A stretch of 64,000 nt of DNA from Malacoraja senta (GCA_038087875.1 CM075996.1:10418001-10482000); one strand, 5' to 3'; shown: positions 50,633 through 63,213, counted from the first letter of the stretch. A program made the numbers and translations. The notes: generated by a model from the letters alone, not told the origin.

Positions 50633-51483
50633 CTGTGAACAAGTACAAATTAGCAAGCTTTGCACATAGAAAATTACTCTCCAGTCACTTCAACAATTAT
50701 ACCAGCTGGTGAAAGCAGGACTTTCACCCTTGCCTGGAAGAAAGCTTGGTTGAATATATAAAGTCATTTCATTTGAAACAGAACTAGTAGTTCCCTAAAA
50801 GTCAATTGGAAAAATGTCATCACCTCATTTAGCACATGAAGTGAATCTGTACACAATCAAACAGAATGAAACGATGTCCTGCATGCGTAGCATCAACTCT
50901 CATCTGTGGTAGAATCAGTGTGTCCCACCACAGGGGCCTCATCAGGCACCTCTATACCCACAGAACTAGAGTGGAAGCAAGTCATCCTCAATCCTGAGAG
51001 AATACCAGTGAAGAATTGTTCACCCCCACTCAGGAAAGCACTTGGCATAAAAATTGTCCCTAGTATGTGTAGGGTAGTGTTAACTTTAATCTCATCTATT
51101 GGTTGTACAGTTGCTTAATCACTGTATGAAGCTTTTGTGGTTAGCAACGTTGAGGATTGTGCAATAAAGTGACAAAATTCAGTGAAGACAGTGAAAATCC
51201 AGAATCATAGTTCAAACACCAGTATGAGCAAGTTGTGTAGCATGGAAGATTGAAGATTATATTAGAGGGCCTTCTATTTGAGGGATTATTGTTCTGGACT
51301 GTGAAATGGAATTTGCTCATTTTTAACAGAACTTGTTAATGTTATTGACGTGGATTGTGAGACCACTCGGGACCCTGAACATGGAATCCAATGTCCAAGA
51401 AAGCCTTGCCATGTTCAGCAGCATGCTCCAGACAAACACCATGGTTCCCAAACATACACTCATATTCTATACGTTTCACTCAC

Positions 51484-51651
51484 ATAAACAGAGAAGTCTT
51501 GAGGGGCACTTCTAATTGATCCACCCAGAGAAATTGATTTTGGAATGTGCTCTAGGGTAAAGGCTGTAGGCCAGATCCATTCAGCAAGCTCGATTACAAC
51601 AAAGCCTTGGGAGCCTTTAAATGGCCAACAGTTCCCAGGATGAACCTCCGG
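51484..51651 (-). CDS. SUN2: SUN2-like exon
   Basis: ctctcttgcag|PEVHPGNCWPFKGSQG...FTLEHIPKSIS...SAPQDFSVY|gtgagt. 168 nt. Confidence 0.93.
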
Positions 51652-51694
51652 CTGCAAGAGAGAGCAAGAAAAAAAAAATTAGGAAAGATTCTCA

Positions 51695-51965
51695 GTTTCA
51701 TTTAGATATTCAGCGCGGAAACAAGAAATATTAACACTATCCTACACACAGTCGGAACAATTTTGTTTTACATTTACCAAGCCAATTAACCTACAAACCT
51801 GTACGTCTTTGGAGAGTGGGAGGAAACCGAAGATCTAGGAAAAAAACTCACGCAGATCACGGGGAGAACGTACAAACTCCGTACAGACAGCACCCATAGT
51901 TGGGATCGAACCGGGGTCTCTGGCGCTGCAAGTGCTGTAAGGCAACAACTCTACTACTGTGCCAC
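51695..51965 (-). mobile_element. HE1-like SINE
   Basis: Reverse complement of the SINE head and core. Confidence 0.8.
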
Positions 51966-53702
51966 CCACAATTATTCCCCTTCCTTTCAACAGAACACTG
52001 ATTCTTCCGAAAGGGACAGCAAAGATGGATTTTTGGACACGATCCACGTGAGGATACAAGGGTACTTACAGAATAATGAAAGGCATAGAGTGGATGTGGA
52101 AAGGATGTTACCACTGGTGGGAGGGGTCTAGGACCAGAGGTCGTAGCCTCAGAATTAAAGGGTGCGCTTTTAGAAAGGAGGAGGAACTTCATTGCCACAG
52201 AGGGTTGTGGAGGCCAAGTCAGTGGATATTTTTAAGACAGAGATAGACAAATTCTTGATTAGAACAGGTGTCAAGGGTGATTTTGGGAACAGGAATGGGT
52301 TGTTGGGGTGTGGGTTACTATGGCAGGAATCTGCAGTATCGACCCCTCAATGTTTCTTGCCAATTTACCTCAACCCTGCACAATGAGAAAACACGCTACA
52401 ATTTTCCAGCAGAGCCCATTGCTGCTTTTGGTTCATGGTGTGACAATTATTAAGTTAATGCAGAAAACAGGAGTTACTGAGACATTTTTAACACACTGCC
52501 CCCAAGACAGATACTCTCACACCATTTACAAAGTATCAGGACAAGTACCTGAACCAGCAGGACCTCTGTCTCGGGCAGTGTGATCAAATGCAACCCAAAA
52601 TATGCTTTCTCCGATTTCCTCTAAATCTTTCTTTGCTTTAAAACCGCAACCCTCTGGACTCAGGCACCTCTGTAAGCTACAGGCAAATGCTGGCAAATGG
52701 GATTAGTTGATGTTTGACGTGGATGTGTTGGGCACAAAGGGCCTGTTTCTGTGCTATATGACTCCATAAGTGGATTTAAAAAATCTGTACTTAATTGAAG
52801 ATTTGACAAACACACTGGCAATCTACATCCAGGTGAGAGGAATGGGACCATAAAGCATCGTAATTTGGTTAAAGCAGATGGAAGGAGCCCACTTTTCTTA
52901 AGGAAGGATATTTTTGCTATGGAGGCAACAGATCAAAATTGCAGCAGATTAACTGTAGGAATAGCAGGGCTGGCGTATGAAGAGCAATCTGGTCAATATT
53001 CACTGGAGTTTGGAAGGAATGATCATTTTTTAGAAACCTACAAAATTTAGAAGTTCTAAGGACTGGAAAGATGTTCCTGATGCTGGGGAGTTTCAGGACC
53101 AGGATCACAGTGCGAGGATAAGGTGAGGTCATGTAGAACTCAGAGGGGGAGAAATCTCTTCATCCAGAGTGGTGAACCAGAGGAATTCTCTATCATGGAA
53201 TGCAATTGAAATCAGATCGTTGAATATACTCATGAGTTAAATATTGTTCTTGTAGCTAGAGGGACCAAGAGGTATGGGGAGAAGGGTATGGGGAGTCCCC
53301 CAACTGGGGACTCAATTTGGATGATCAGCCATGATCATACTGAGGGGTTGAGTGGGCTTGAAGGCCCACATTGCTTACTCCTGTTCATAATTTCCATGTT
53401 TCTATTGCATATCCCACAACTGTGGTACTGAACAAGCACGCATGGTGGGCCAGTGCATGATTTTTTCGACATGTATATCAATACCTTGCATTCTTCTGAC
53501 AGGGAAGAACTGTTATGCAGACAGAGTATGTTTCACATAAACCTTGGTAAAGCAGAAGACACACACATTAGTTGTGGTGCCCCCAACAGCAAATCTTGAA
53601 GTTGTGGACCTATAGCGTCCCTGTACCTTGCTGCCTCTAGGAGAGTATTCAAAGGTCACTGCTTTCAAGACAGAAGGGAGCAGCAGTACAAGCATTATAT
53701 AC

Positions 53703-53818
53703 CTGAATGACAGCTCTGGGTGACCGAGATTGGTACCACAGTGGAAAGCCAAACAGACTAAGAAGAGCAGTCTTGGTCTCTAACGTCTCTGAGCAGCGCG
53801 TGTGGATCACACTGCCAC
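53703..53818 (-). CDS. SUN2: SUN2-like exon (start of SUN domain, KASH-lid)
   Basis: ttgttag|(G)GSVIHTRCSETLETKTALLSLFGFPLWYQSRSPRAVIQ|gtatat. 116 nt, phase 1/0. Confidence 0.93.
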
Positions 53819-56305
53819 CTAACAAGAGAAAAAATAATCATTATCATATCACTGAATGGACAAAGTTAATCATGAATCCTTCAAGGAATATGTCGGTTTG
53901 CAGAGAACTGCAAAACTCTGGCAGAGGGATTGGAAAGTTTTTGCTTGAGTGCTGACCACTAAGGAGAACTTTCCAATTTGTCCAAGAACTCAACACATCC
54001 AGCACAAATGCAGAAATAATTTAATGTTACAATCGCAGTAGTTTAAGTAAACTTGAAAGGTAATTTTCATACAATGTCCAACAGGTTGGCGCACAGAATC
54101 CAGCTGAAACTTTAAATACACAGCTGAATGCCCACCAGGTGGCAGTGGTTGGATAAGTACCCTCCCAAATCTCAACCATTTACTTGCTCTCATCATTTTT
54201 ACATTCAATACAACTATAATAAATAAGGATCTTTTATGCAAAAAAATAAGTACAATGAGAAAGATTTATGTTACATAAAATGGAAGCAAAACGTCTACCC
54301 GCTGACCAAGGTATAAAAATATTGTTATTTGTGGGCAGTTAGCTGGGAACATGTGCTACAAATGACTGCTGTCTGGATAGGTTTTTTTTCTCAATATTAT
54401 AAAGCCATATAGCTTTACATCTGACCTAGTTTAGAGACTAACCAGAAAGGACAATTTATATTGTAGAACATATATTTCTCATATATTGTAGAACATCTAT
54501 TTACATCGCATGAACAGGCCCTTTTGTCCCACTGTGTCTGCACCGACCATGATGTCAGCCTAACTCATCCATCGGACTGGACATGGTCTGCATCCCTCTA
54601 CTCCCTGTTTGTACATGTATCTGTCCAAATGCCTTTTAAATATTACTATTGTATCTGCTTCCACCACCTCCCCTGACAACACACCTACAGCTGTGCAAGA
54701 AAAACTTGCCTCACACATCTCCTTTAAACATCCCCCCCTCTCACCTTAACTCTATGCCCTCGCATATTTGACATTTCCACCCTGGGGAAAAGACTGCTCT
54801 ATATATCTCTCTCATCAATTTATATACTTCTATCAGGTCTTGTCTCAGCCTCTGACGCTCCAGCAAAAACATTCAGTTTGTCCAACCTCCCCTTATAGCT
54901 AATATTCTATTCTAGCATTCTGTCTAATCCAGGCAGCATCCTGGTGATTCTGCAGATGGCTGAAACCTAAAGTAGATCTTCAGCTTTCTACACAATTCCA
55001 ATGTTAGCTTGAGAAGAACCAAGCTTCTATCCACCTTTCAAACCATGAGCTTGTCTTCTTTTCTTGCATTTCTACAGTGTTTAAGATTTCATTCGCCTGC
55101 CTCTAGTTGCATCTTCACCGATCCAGCTGGTATCGACGTTCATCTCAAATGTCTCCTGGTCTCCAGTCTATCTATTTTGTTCTCACTTTCTCTGCAACTT
55201 AAACTTTGCTTCAAGGAATAAAACTGGCTAACCAACAGAAGAGGGGAGCAATTAAATCAGGGCAGCAGTGACGAATCGGTAGACCTCCTGCCTGACAGCA
55301 CCAGAGACTTGGGTTTGATCCTGACAACGGGTGCTGTCTGTACTGAGTTTTTACATTCTCCCTGTGGCTGCATGGGTTTTCTCCGGGTGCTCTGGTTTCC
55401 TCCCACACTCCAAAGATGTACAGGTTTGTAGGTTAATTGTAAAATTGGCCAGAGGGCAGAATAAGACCCATCTTTTCTTCATACGCATTAAATGACTTGG
55501 AGTTCCAGATTTGCAGATGATACTGTGAACAGGGGATATTAATGGAATTGGAGGCAAATACAGAATAGGGTTTGAACAGGCTGGTTACAGCTATAATTCA
55601 AATGTGAAATATTTCATTTTGGGAGGAGGAATAAGGCAATGTAAACTAGAGGGAGTGAAGAAACAACAGTGTCTCTGGAATGGGTGATGTTTCGGGTCGA
55701 GGCCCTTCATCAGACCTTCACATCCTTACACACGTGGGTGATATATGTGCCTAGTTTACTGAAAGAAGGAAGTTTAGGATGTTGTTTAAAAACTCCTGTA
55801 CTTTATAAATAACAGCTCAGGGCACAAGAGCAAAGAAGTGATGGGGGAACTTTGTAAAACACAGGCTTGGCCACAGCTGGAGCAGTGCATCCAGTCCTGG
55901 CTGCCTTGCCCTCAGAAAGACATGAAGCTTCGGAGAGAGTGCACACGAGATTAACCAATGTGTTTGCAGGGCTAATGGAGCAGTGGACAGAATGAAGATA
56001 GCCGATGGTGCCTCAGGGCAAGGCCATCCCATCGATGGCTCGGCCTTTAAATGAGTTGTGGCTGGCGCAACATCAAGCAGTTACAAGTTAAATTAACATT
56101 CAGCAGTGTGAACCTCAGCAGCTCTGGGGAAACCTGTATTGTGAACATAGATCTGTACTTGCCTATTCAGGACATATTGCCCAGTGTGAAAGAACACCCC
56201 ATTCCACAGGAGCAAGTCAAACATGACTAAAGTGCCAGCCCACACAACACCCTTTCAGTCTGTTACATTCAGTTTTACTTGGCCCGGGCTTTTGCTGATA
56301 CTTAC

Positions 56306-56390
56306 CAGCAGATTCCAGTGCATAATCCACCAATCCAACCCTGTCAGCGCTGTACAGTTTCAAGGCTTGCTCCACAATGCTTTTCACTTC
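56306..56390 (-). CDS. SUN2: SUN2-like exon
   Basis: ggtag|EVKSIVEQALKLYSADRVGLVDYALESA(G)|gtaagt. 85 nt, phase 0/1. Confidence 0.93.
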
Positions 56391-56589
56391 CTACCAAAGG
56401 AAAAAATAACAATAATCTGGGATAAGAAGGGGGCAGTAGAGTGCAATAGAGTGCAGAGCCCACACACATACAGAAACCAGACGGCAATGCCCCCTTCAAC
56501 AGTTCCCACAAAATGATCCCTCTTATCCATTCCCATAATCTGGAATTAGCAAGGTCTAATTAAAGTGAGCAATGGAGAGCCCAAGTATT

Positions 56590-57595
56590 AGGTATGTTAC
56601 AAAACTTACCTTCAGCGGCGCTGCAGTTCTGCCACTGGCTGTGTGCGCGAATTTGGTGCCTTTGAGAGGGGGGCGGGAATTAACAGCCTGAGTCGATCTT
56701 TCTCAGGCTGTTATGCTGCTGCAGAGAAATCGCTCCGACATCCGTTCAATCAAGTTTTTTTTTAAACATCGCTGGATAATTTAATCGCAGGAGTAAAATA
56801 GAAATCGACTTCTAACGCCGTCAACGCCGACAACGGGACGGATCTCCCGTCTGGGACAAATAAAGGTATGCCGTTTATTTTACATATAAACTTGCTTCTT
56901 AGGATTACTTTAATCCAAATTTTACGTTGCGAAAAGGTGATTAGGGCCCATACGAGCTGGCAGTGTTTTTCTTGCCGATATGGGGTTTAAATTCACCGCA
57001 AACCGCAACGTTCCAAACGATCGCGTTCCACAAGCAAGATGATTTAAATGGCCATTAATTTACGGGAATTAAACACTAAATTCCTTCCATTTGGCCTATA
57101 AATTCATGACAATGAGATTTAAAAATCATGTTATATTGTGAAATCTTGTTTGAATGTTATTTGAACACTTAGGCTATTTAAAAATGTTAACCTTTTCTTA
57201 AGAAACGGATAGATGTTTAGATCTAGTAATTGAATTTTGTAATTAGCTACAATTAGGTAACTAACTAATTATATGCTTTAATTTCAGGTCATCCAAGTAA
57301 TGCTTGGATTTTAGAATGCTTTAATCTATAATAACTGAAAATTTCATTCAGTTCTCTTAATCTTTAAGAAAGTTATGGGCTTTTGACTGTCCTCGATCAC
57401 AGCTTTTGAGTTAAGTCAATGGAAAAGCAATAGGGAACAAGATGCTAATTTCAGAGTATGAAAATGGCCATAACTTTTTTAATACTCAAGATATGAAAGT
57501 GAATTAGGTGTCAAATTAAACTTATTTTTATGCCTTATCTGATGGGATAAATTGCAGACTTGATTTTTAAAATCTCAAAATTTTGTAACATTGCC
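56590..57595. mobile_element. Non-autonomous DNA transposon (superfamily uncertain)
   Basis: Inverted termini ATGTTACAAAA / TTTTGTAACAT, flanked by CAAGTAT on both sides. Confidence 0.6.
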
Positions 57596-57782
57596 ACAAG
57601 TATACTGCATAGAAGGTAGCAGGATTATGTGATCCGGTAAATAATTAGTAAACTACATTGACATGGATAGAAGAGGTTTGGAGGGATATGGGGCTAACGC
57701 AGGCAGGTGGGACTAGTGTAGCTGGAACATGTTGGCTGGTGTAGATTTATGCAATGTTCTATTCAGTTTGACATTGCCTTAC

Positions 57783-58370
57783 TACCTGTCCTTCACAGAA
57801 AGGTTCCTGAAGAAAACTACCTGTGACCACAAGTGATCAACGTAGAACGAGCTACAGGCACTGTGGGAGAAGAACTCGATGGATCCCATCAGATGGCTCC
57901 CCAAGCAGACAGAGGAACTTGCCAACAGTAGTGTGAGGAGCCCTCCGTCAGATCCTGCCTGCTCGGTCAGAAAAGCACCCCACTGCACGCTGCCATTGAG
58001 GTGGTTGTGGTGTGGACAACATTCACCTCTTTATGCACTGGGTGTTTGACAGGAAGGTCAGAAGAAGAATGCAAGGGCTCTTGTCATGGTTCACCCTGAG
58101 TAGTTGTGCATCAGTGATCTATGAGCTGTTCACAGGGACGCACAACAAGATAAATGTCAACTGCTGCTGGAAGATCATTATCTCAGCGGAAGACTGACGT
58201 TGGTCTGCACAAAAATTGATCTTCCTGTCGGTAAAGGTGTCGGATAAAATGTTGGTAAATGAATTGCTGCCAACTGGCACATTCCAGGGTGCGAGTGTAT
58301 GTGGTGTGAGGGACACACTGAAGCTCAGTGCAGTCACCGCAGAGGCTGTGGGGGAGTGGCCGTGGTCTAG
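57783..58370 (+). mobile_element. Old degraded Tx1-like LINE fragment
   Basis: LSFTERFL..DHK..LQALWEKNSMDPI resembles the 14620-15250 region. Confidence 0.65.
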
Positions 58371-58407
58371 AAATAGTGGATGCATTAGTGATAATTTTTC
58401 AAAACTT

Positions 58408-58993
58408 ATGTATAGGGTCTTGGTGAGACCACACCTGGAGTATTGCGTACAGTTTTGGTCTCCAAATCTGAGGAAGGACATTATAGCCATAGAGGGAGTG
58501 CAGAGAAGGTTCACCAGACTGATTCCTGGGATGTCAGGACTTTCATATGAAGAAAGACTGGATAGACTTGGCTTATACTCGCTAGAATTTAGGAGATTGA
58601 GAGGGGATCTTATAGAAAGTACAAAATTCTTATGGGGTTGGACAGGCTAGATGCAGGAAGATTGTTCCCGATGTTGGGGAAGTCCAGGACAAGGGGTCAC
58701 AGCTTAACGATAAGGGGGAAATCCTTTAAGACCGAGATGAGGAAAAACTTTTTCACACAGAGAGTGGTGAATCTCTGGAACTCTCTGCCACAGAGGGTAG
58801 TTGAGGCCAGTTCATTGGCTATATTTAAGAGGGAGTTAGATGTGGCCCTTGTGGCTAAGGGGATCAGGGGGTATGGAGAGAAGGCAGGTACGGGATACTG
58901 AGTTGGATGATCAGTCATGATCATATTGAATGGCGGAGCAGGCTCGAAGGGCCGAATGGCCTACTCCTGCACCTATTTTCTATGTATCTATGT
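58408..58993 (+). mobile_element. CR1 LINE 3' fragment (young)
   Basis: YRVLVRPHLEYCVQFWSPNLRK...GYGEKAGTGY* plus UTR and tail. Confidence 0.95.
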
Positions 58994-59222
58994 CTAAGGT
59001 CCGGCCACCACTAGACACTGAGGGACTCTCAGGCACTTCATGGGAGCACTGTTAAGGATGTGGTGTTCATTGACACATTGCAAGCGAAAGTGCTGAATTG
59101 ATGAAACATAGAGCAAGACATGCCCCAATTTCATTAAATGTATATATTATGAATAAATTACTGTCTAGAACTACAATAGTCTGCTCTAGAGTTAGAGCCA
59201 CTGGCTGCTTGCATGCTTGTAC

Positions 59223-59435
59223 CTTAATAATTCCTGCTTTGACAGCTGCCGAGTGTGCCTCCATTGCAGGACCAGGATGAAGCGAAGCATCTGATAGGAT
59301 CTTCTTCTCCAAGCCAGCAAGGAGGGCCTCAAGTTCCTTGCGGTGCACCAGCTGTGCTGCCAGTGGTTCCCCTGTGTTGTCTTCTGAGGAACCGAAGAGC
59401 AGCTTGTGGATAAGTGGGAGCAACGCCGTCTCCTT
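59223..59435 (-). CDS. SUN2: SUN2-like exon (coiled-coil region)
   Basis: gtttag|KETALLPLIHKLLFG...VHRKELEALLAGLEKKIL...AGIIK|gtacaa. 213 nt. Similar to the SUN2 REEMQAQLRELESKIL segment. Confidence 0.85.
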
Positions 59436-59636
59436 CTAAACACACAAGAGCAGGATAGTCAGTGCTCCTCCTTGTAAACATTGAAATCAATGCAAAGCAG
59501 TATCTTTGTCATCTTAAAAAATACATTATTTTACAATTGTTGATCCTTTGGCAAGGGAGACAAGGCAAGGACATACATTATAGCTGAAAGAATACTGAAC
59601 TGTGGTGGGGAACAGAAAGATCTTGGAGAGCTTGTT

Positions 59637-61490
59637 GTGTAGGAAGGAAATGCAGATGCTGGTTTACACTGAAGATAGACACAAAATGCTGGAGTTACTC
59701 AGCGGACCAGGCAGCATCTAATGTTCCGTCTTGCTGAGTTACTCCAGCATTTTGTGTCTATCTTTAGAGAGCTTGTTCATGCGTCTTTGAAGATAGTGGG
59801 ACATGCATCTTGTAACTGTTAGCTCAGCTGTACCTGTAACATTGAGTGGATTCTGGTTGCCTCCCTACAGGATTGATGGGAGTGCACTAGAGAGGCACAA
59901 GAAAGGTTTACAACATTGGCAGGACTGCAGAAGAAAGATTGCAAGGAGAGAGTCACCAGGAACTGCAGCAGGTAGATTGTTTGAGTGGTTATAATATTAT
60001 AGAAAAAAAGACAAAATGCTGGAGTAACTCAGCGGGACAGGCAGCATCTCTGGAGAGAAGGAATGGATCATGTTTCGGATTGAGACCCTTTTTCATACGT
60101 CTCGACCCGAAATGTCATCCATTCCTGCCCCCCAGAGATGCTGCCTGTCTTGCTGATGTCTATCTGTGGTATAAGCCAGCATCTGCAGTTCCTTCCTATA
60201 CATAAGGTTATGATATTCTGACTGGTCCATTCAGAGTAAACAAGGTAACCATCTTTCCGACACAAAGTTGGAAATGTAATTCAATTGGCACAAGGGTTTG
60301 ATGCACTTAGTACAGTGGGCCAAGGGTTCACTGCCTGAATGGCTGTTGGAAGCAGAACTCACATTTACTGGGCACCTGGACCAGCAGTAGAAGAGGCTGT
60401 GAGCGAGATTCACCTGGCCTCCCACCACCAAAAACAGAAGGTGGGAACTATAGGTCAATTGACAGGTACATGGATAGGACAGGTTTGGAGGGATATGGAC
60501 CAAACGCAGGCAGGAGGCACTAGTGTACCTGGGACATGTTGGCGGGTGTGGGCATTGGGCCGAAGGGTCTGTTTCCACACTGTATCACTCTATGATTCTA
60601 ATTCATCCAGCACTCATAGTTCGCAAGAGGAAATAACTAATCATTTGGTAAGCTGAATCTAATCAAACGTAGCCGACATGGTTTAATGAAAATCATGTGT
60701 GACAAAACTTGACAGGATGTGATAGGGAGTTGATAAGGGAAACCTGTAAATGTAGTAGGAAGGAACTGCAAGTGCTGGTTTAAACCAAAGATAGACACAA
60801 TAAGCTGGAGTAACTTAGCGGGTCAGATAGCATCTGTGGAGAAAAGGAATTTTCTATTTGTTTTCTCCAGAGATGCCGTCTGACCCGCTGAGTTATTGCA
60901 GCTTTTTGTGTCAATCTCCTGTAAATGTAGTGTGTATGTAGATTTCCAAAAGGCATTTGCCACATATGAGGCTGCTGCTGCAAAAAAATTAAGAGCCTTC
61001 TTAATTTGGAGGAAGTGTGCTAACATGGATTGAAAGGTGGCAGTCATATAGAAAAAAAGGTTAGAATAAATGCGTGAAAACTGCAGATGGAATAAATCTG
61101 AAAAACAAAATGCTGGGAGCACTCGGATCAGGCTGCATCCGTAGCCAGAGAAACAGAATTCATGTTTCAAGTCAAAGACCCTTCGTCAGAACTGGGGAGG
61201 CGACAATAAAAACTTGTAAAGCTGCACAGGTGGGTGGATGACTCTGATAGTGTGAAACCAGGTGACCATGGGGATAAGCTGCACACAAAGTTATCTGGTC
61301 ATGGAGTGAATAGGAGCGGTTAGATGATAAGAAAAATAGACAAAAGATTGTAGCAGTTACAAATGCAAAGAAGACATGTCTAGGAAGGAACGGCAGATGC
61401 TGGTTTAAACCGAAGATAGACAACGGGACAGGCTGCATCTCTGGAGAGAAGGAATGGGTGACGTTTCAGGTGGAGACGCTTTTCAGACAA
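59637..61490. mobile_element. Cluster of short Penelope-type inserts (~59637-59766, 60005-60203, 60757-60917, 61080-61190, 61380-61488) in degraded CR1 sequence
   Basis: Shared AGGAACTGCAGATGCTGG..TGCTGGAGTAACTCAGCGG arms. Flanking repeats GAGAGCTTGTT, GGTTAT(A/G)ATATT, CCTGTAAATGTAGT and AAGACAT(G/A)TCT. Confidence 0.7.
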
Positions 61491-62091
61491 GACATATCTG
61501 GCAGGTCAGCATGGACATGCCCTCCACTTTTGGATAGAGATTTTAAAAGACAAGCCAACCCAATTATCACAAATGTGCAACTGATAGTAACAGAGGAATC
61601 AACTTACCCAAAATTATCAAATTCAGTTCAAGCCCAGAGGACTGCCATGAGCCCAAATTGAAGGTGAGATGCCATTCCTCAAGATTGCTTTGAGCCTCAT
61701 TGCAACAGTGCAGGAAGTCACAGACTGTTCAGTCACTCCCACATCCAAGAGCCAGAATGAGATAACATGAAGCTCAGGAGTGCCCCATGGATCGAACACA
61801 GGTGCTCCGCAAAGTAGAAACCCAACGCCTGTTTGGTTTCTCCAATGTAGAGGAGACCACATCGTGAACAGGGAAAGGAGCAGAGGAGGAAAAGGAGAGA
61901 CAGTGAGATAAAGGGAAGAATGCAGTAGAGAGGGAGGGGGTGAGTGAGAGTTGAGTGTTAAAGAAGGGGAGGGAAGAGGGCAAGATACTTTCCACACTTT
62001 CCTCTTCATCTCTTTAATCATCTTCAAGGCAGAAGAAGTGCTAAGTTTTGGCCTTTTACAGTTAAATAAAAAACTATTTGGGAAAACTTAC

Positions 62092-62248
62092 ATCAATCAT
62101 ACTTTTAACTCTGCTTTCCAGAGCTTGCATGCTGGAGTCAATGTTCTTCTGGGCTGCACGTGCAGCCTGCAGCTCCAGCCGTGTCTGGCTGAGCTGCTCC
62201 TCCAGCAGCGCCAGTGCAGTCAGTAGCTGCTTCTGTTCATCTGTCAAC
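62092..62248 (-). CDS. SUN2: SUN2-like exon (coiled coil)
   Basis: ttattatag|(R)LTDEQKQLLTALALLEEQLSQTRLELQAARAAQKNIDSSMQALESRVKSMID|gtaagt. 157 nt, phase 2/0. Confidence 0.85.
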
Positions 62249-62253
62249 CTATA

Positions 62254-62489
62254 ATAATAATAATCAATATAATTTTATTAGCCAAGTATGTATACATACA
62301 AGGAACTTGCCTTGGTGCTTTGTTTGCAAGGATAAAAACATGATATACAGTAGACAATTAAAAATAAAACATTATGATTTAAACATGTGGAAATAAAGTA
62401 CCAGAGTAAAAAGAGTCGACAGACTTTTGGCTGTTGAGTCGTGGAAAAATACTGTTTTTATGTCTGGCTGTGGTCCAGACAAGACCTGT
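62254..62489 (-). mobile_element. Short Rex/Babar-like LINE 3' end inserted at the SUN2 acceptor
   Basis: GTCGTGGAAAAATACTGTTTTTATGTCTGGCTGTGG matches 27482-27517. (TAT)n tail and TSD CCTATA at 62248-62253 and 62490-62495. Confidence 0.8.
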
Positions 62490-62865
62490 CCTATACAGGA
62501 CAAAGCAAGCCATCAGAGTGCAGGAGCAGAGGAGGGATGGTGGTGCAGCATTAGACCTACGGCCTTACAGTGCCAGACCTGGGTTCAATCCTGACTACCG
62601 GTGTAAGGGTGATCGTTGGTCTGCACGGACTCGGTGTACCTCTAAACTAAAAACGACGTTGATCTGTTTCACGCAGCAGCCGACGAAGCCCCCAGCCCCC
62701 CCCCAAGGGTCAGCTGCTACTCCACTCCTAGCTGGAAACATACAGCATCAGCGTTATACTGCTCACAGCTCAGCCACAGGCAAACCTGCTGCCGTGCCAC
62801 ACCCCAGGGGCACCTTGATGCATCTGCAGATAATGTGGCCTACAACATCAACACCCAGCTCCTAA

Positions 62866-63096
62866 AGGGCCTGTCCCACTTGGCGATTTTTTCGGCGACT
62901 GTCGGCATCATTGACGGACGTATCAGGTCACCGAAAAATTTGCGGCGTGACGCAGCGTGATGACGTATGACGCGCGGTGTTTTAGTGTCGCAACATTTTT
63001 TTTGTCCCCGCTGGATTTTGAAATGTTCAAATCTTTTGGCGACACTGATGTGACAGCGGCAGTCGCCGAACAAAATCGCCAAGACGGACAGGCCCT
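62866..63096. mobile_element. PIF/Harbinger-like MITE
   Basis: ~36-bp imperfect TIRs (AGGGCCTGTCCCACTTGGCGATTTTTTCGGCGACTG) and 3-bp TSD TAA (62863-65, 63097-99). Confidence 0.85.
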
Positions 63097-63169
63097 TAAA
63101 TTAGTTATTTATCTCTATCGTTGTGAGCAGTTGGTGCAGTCTGGAAACTGCCGCAGTGCAGCTCTGTAC

Positions 63170-63213
63170 CTTTCCACAGCAGATTCCATTTCCTTCACCT
63201 TCTGCAACATCAT
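63170..63213 (-). CDS. SUN2: SUN2-like 44-nt exon
   Basis: ttctattcccag|MMLQKVKEMESAVE(R)|gtacag. Phase 0/2, which joins the next exon as AG+G = Arg. Confidence 0.7.

Noticed and set aside
51360..51400. Minus-strand GFHVQGP resembling the SUN C-terminal RFRVHGDP
   Set aside because: Similarity is too short and there is no upstream NWGHPEYTC match. Likely chance.
45864..63213. SUN1 as the gene identity
   Set aside because: PEVHPGNCW, KTALLSLFG, IQTF..Q, the short ending after HG and the upstream exon pattern fit SUN2 better. Orthology still needs a phylogeny.
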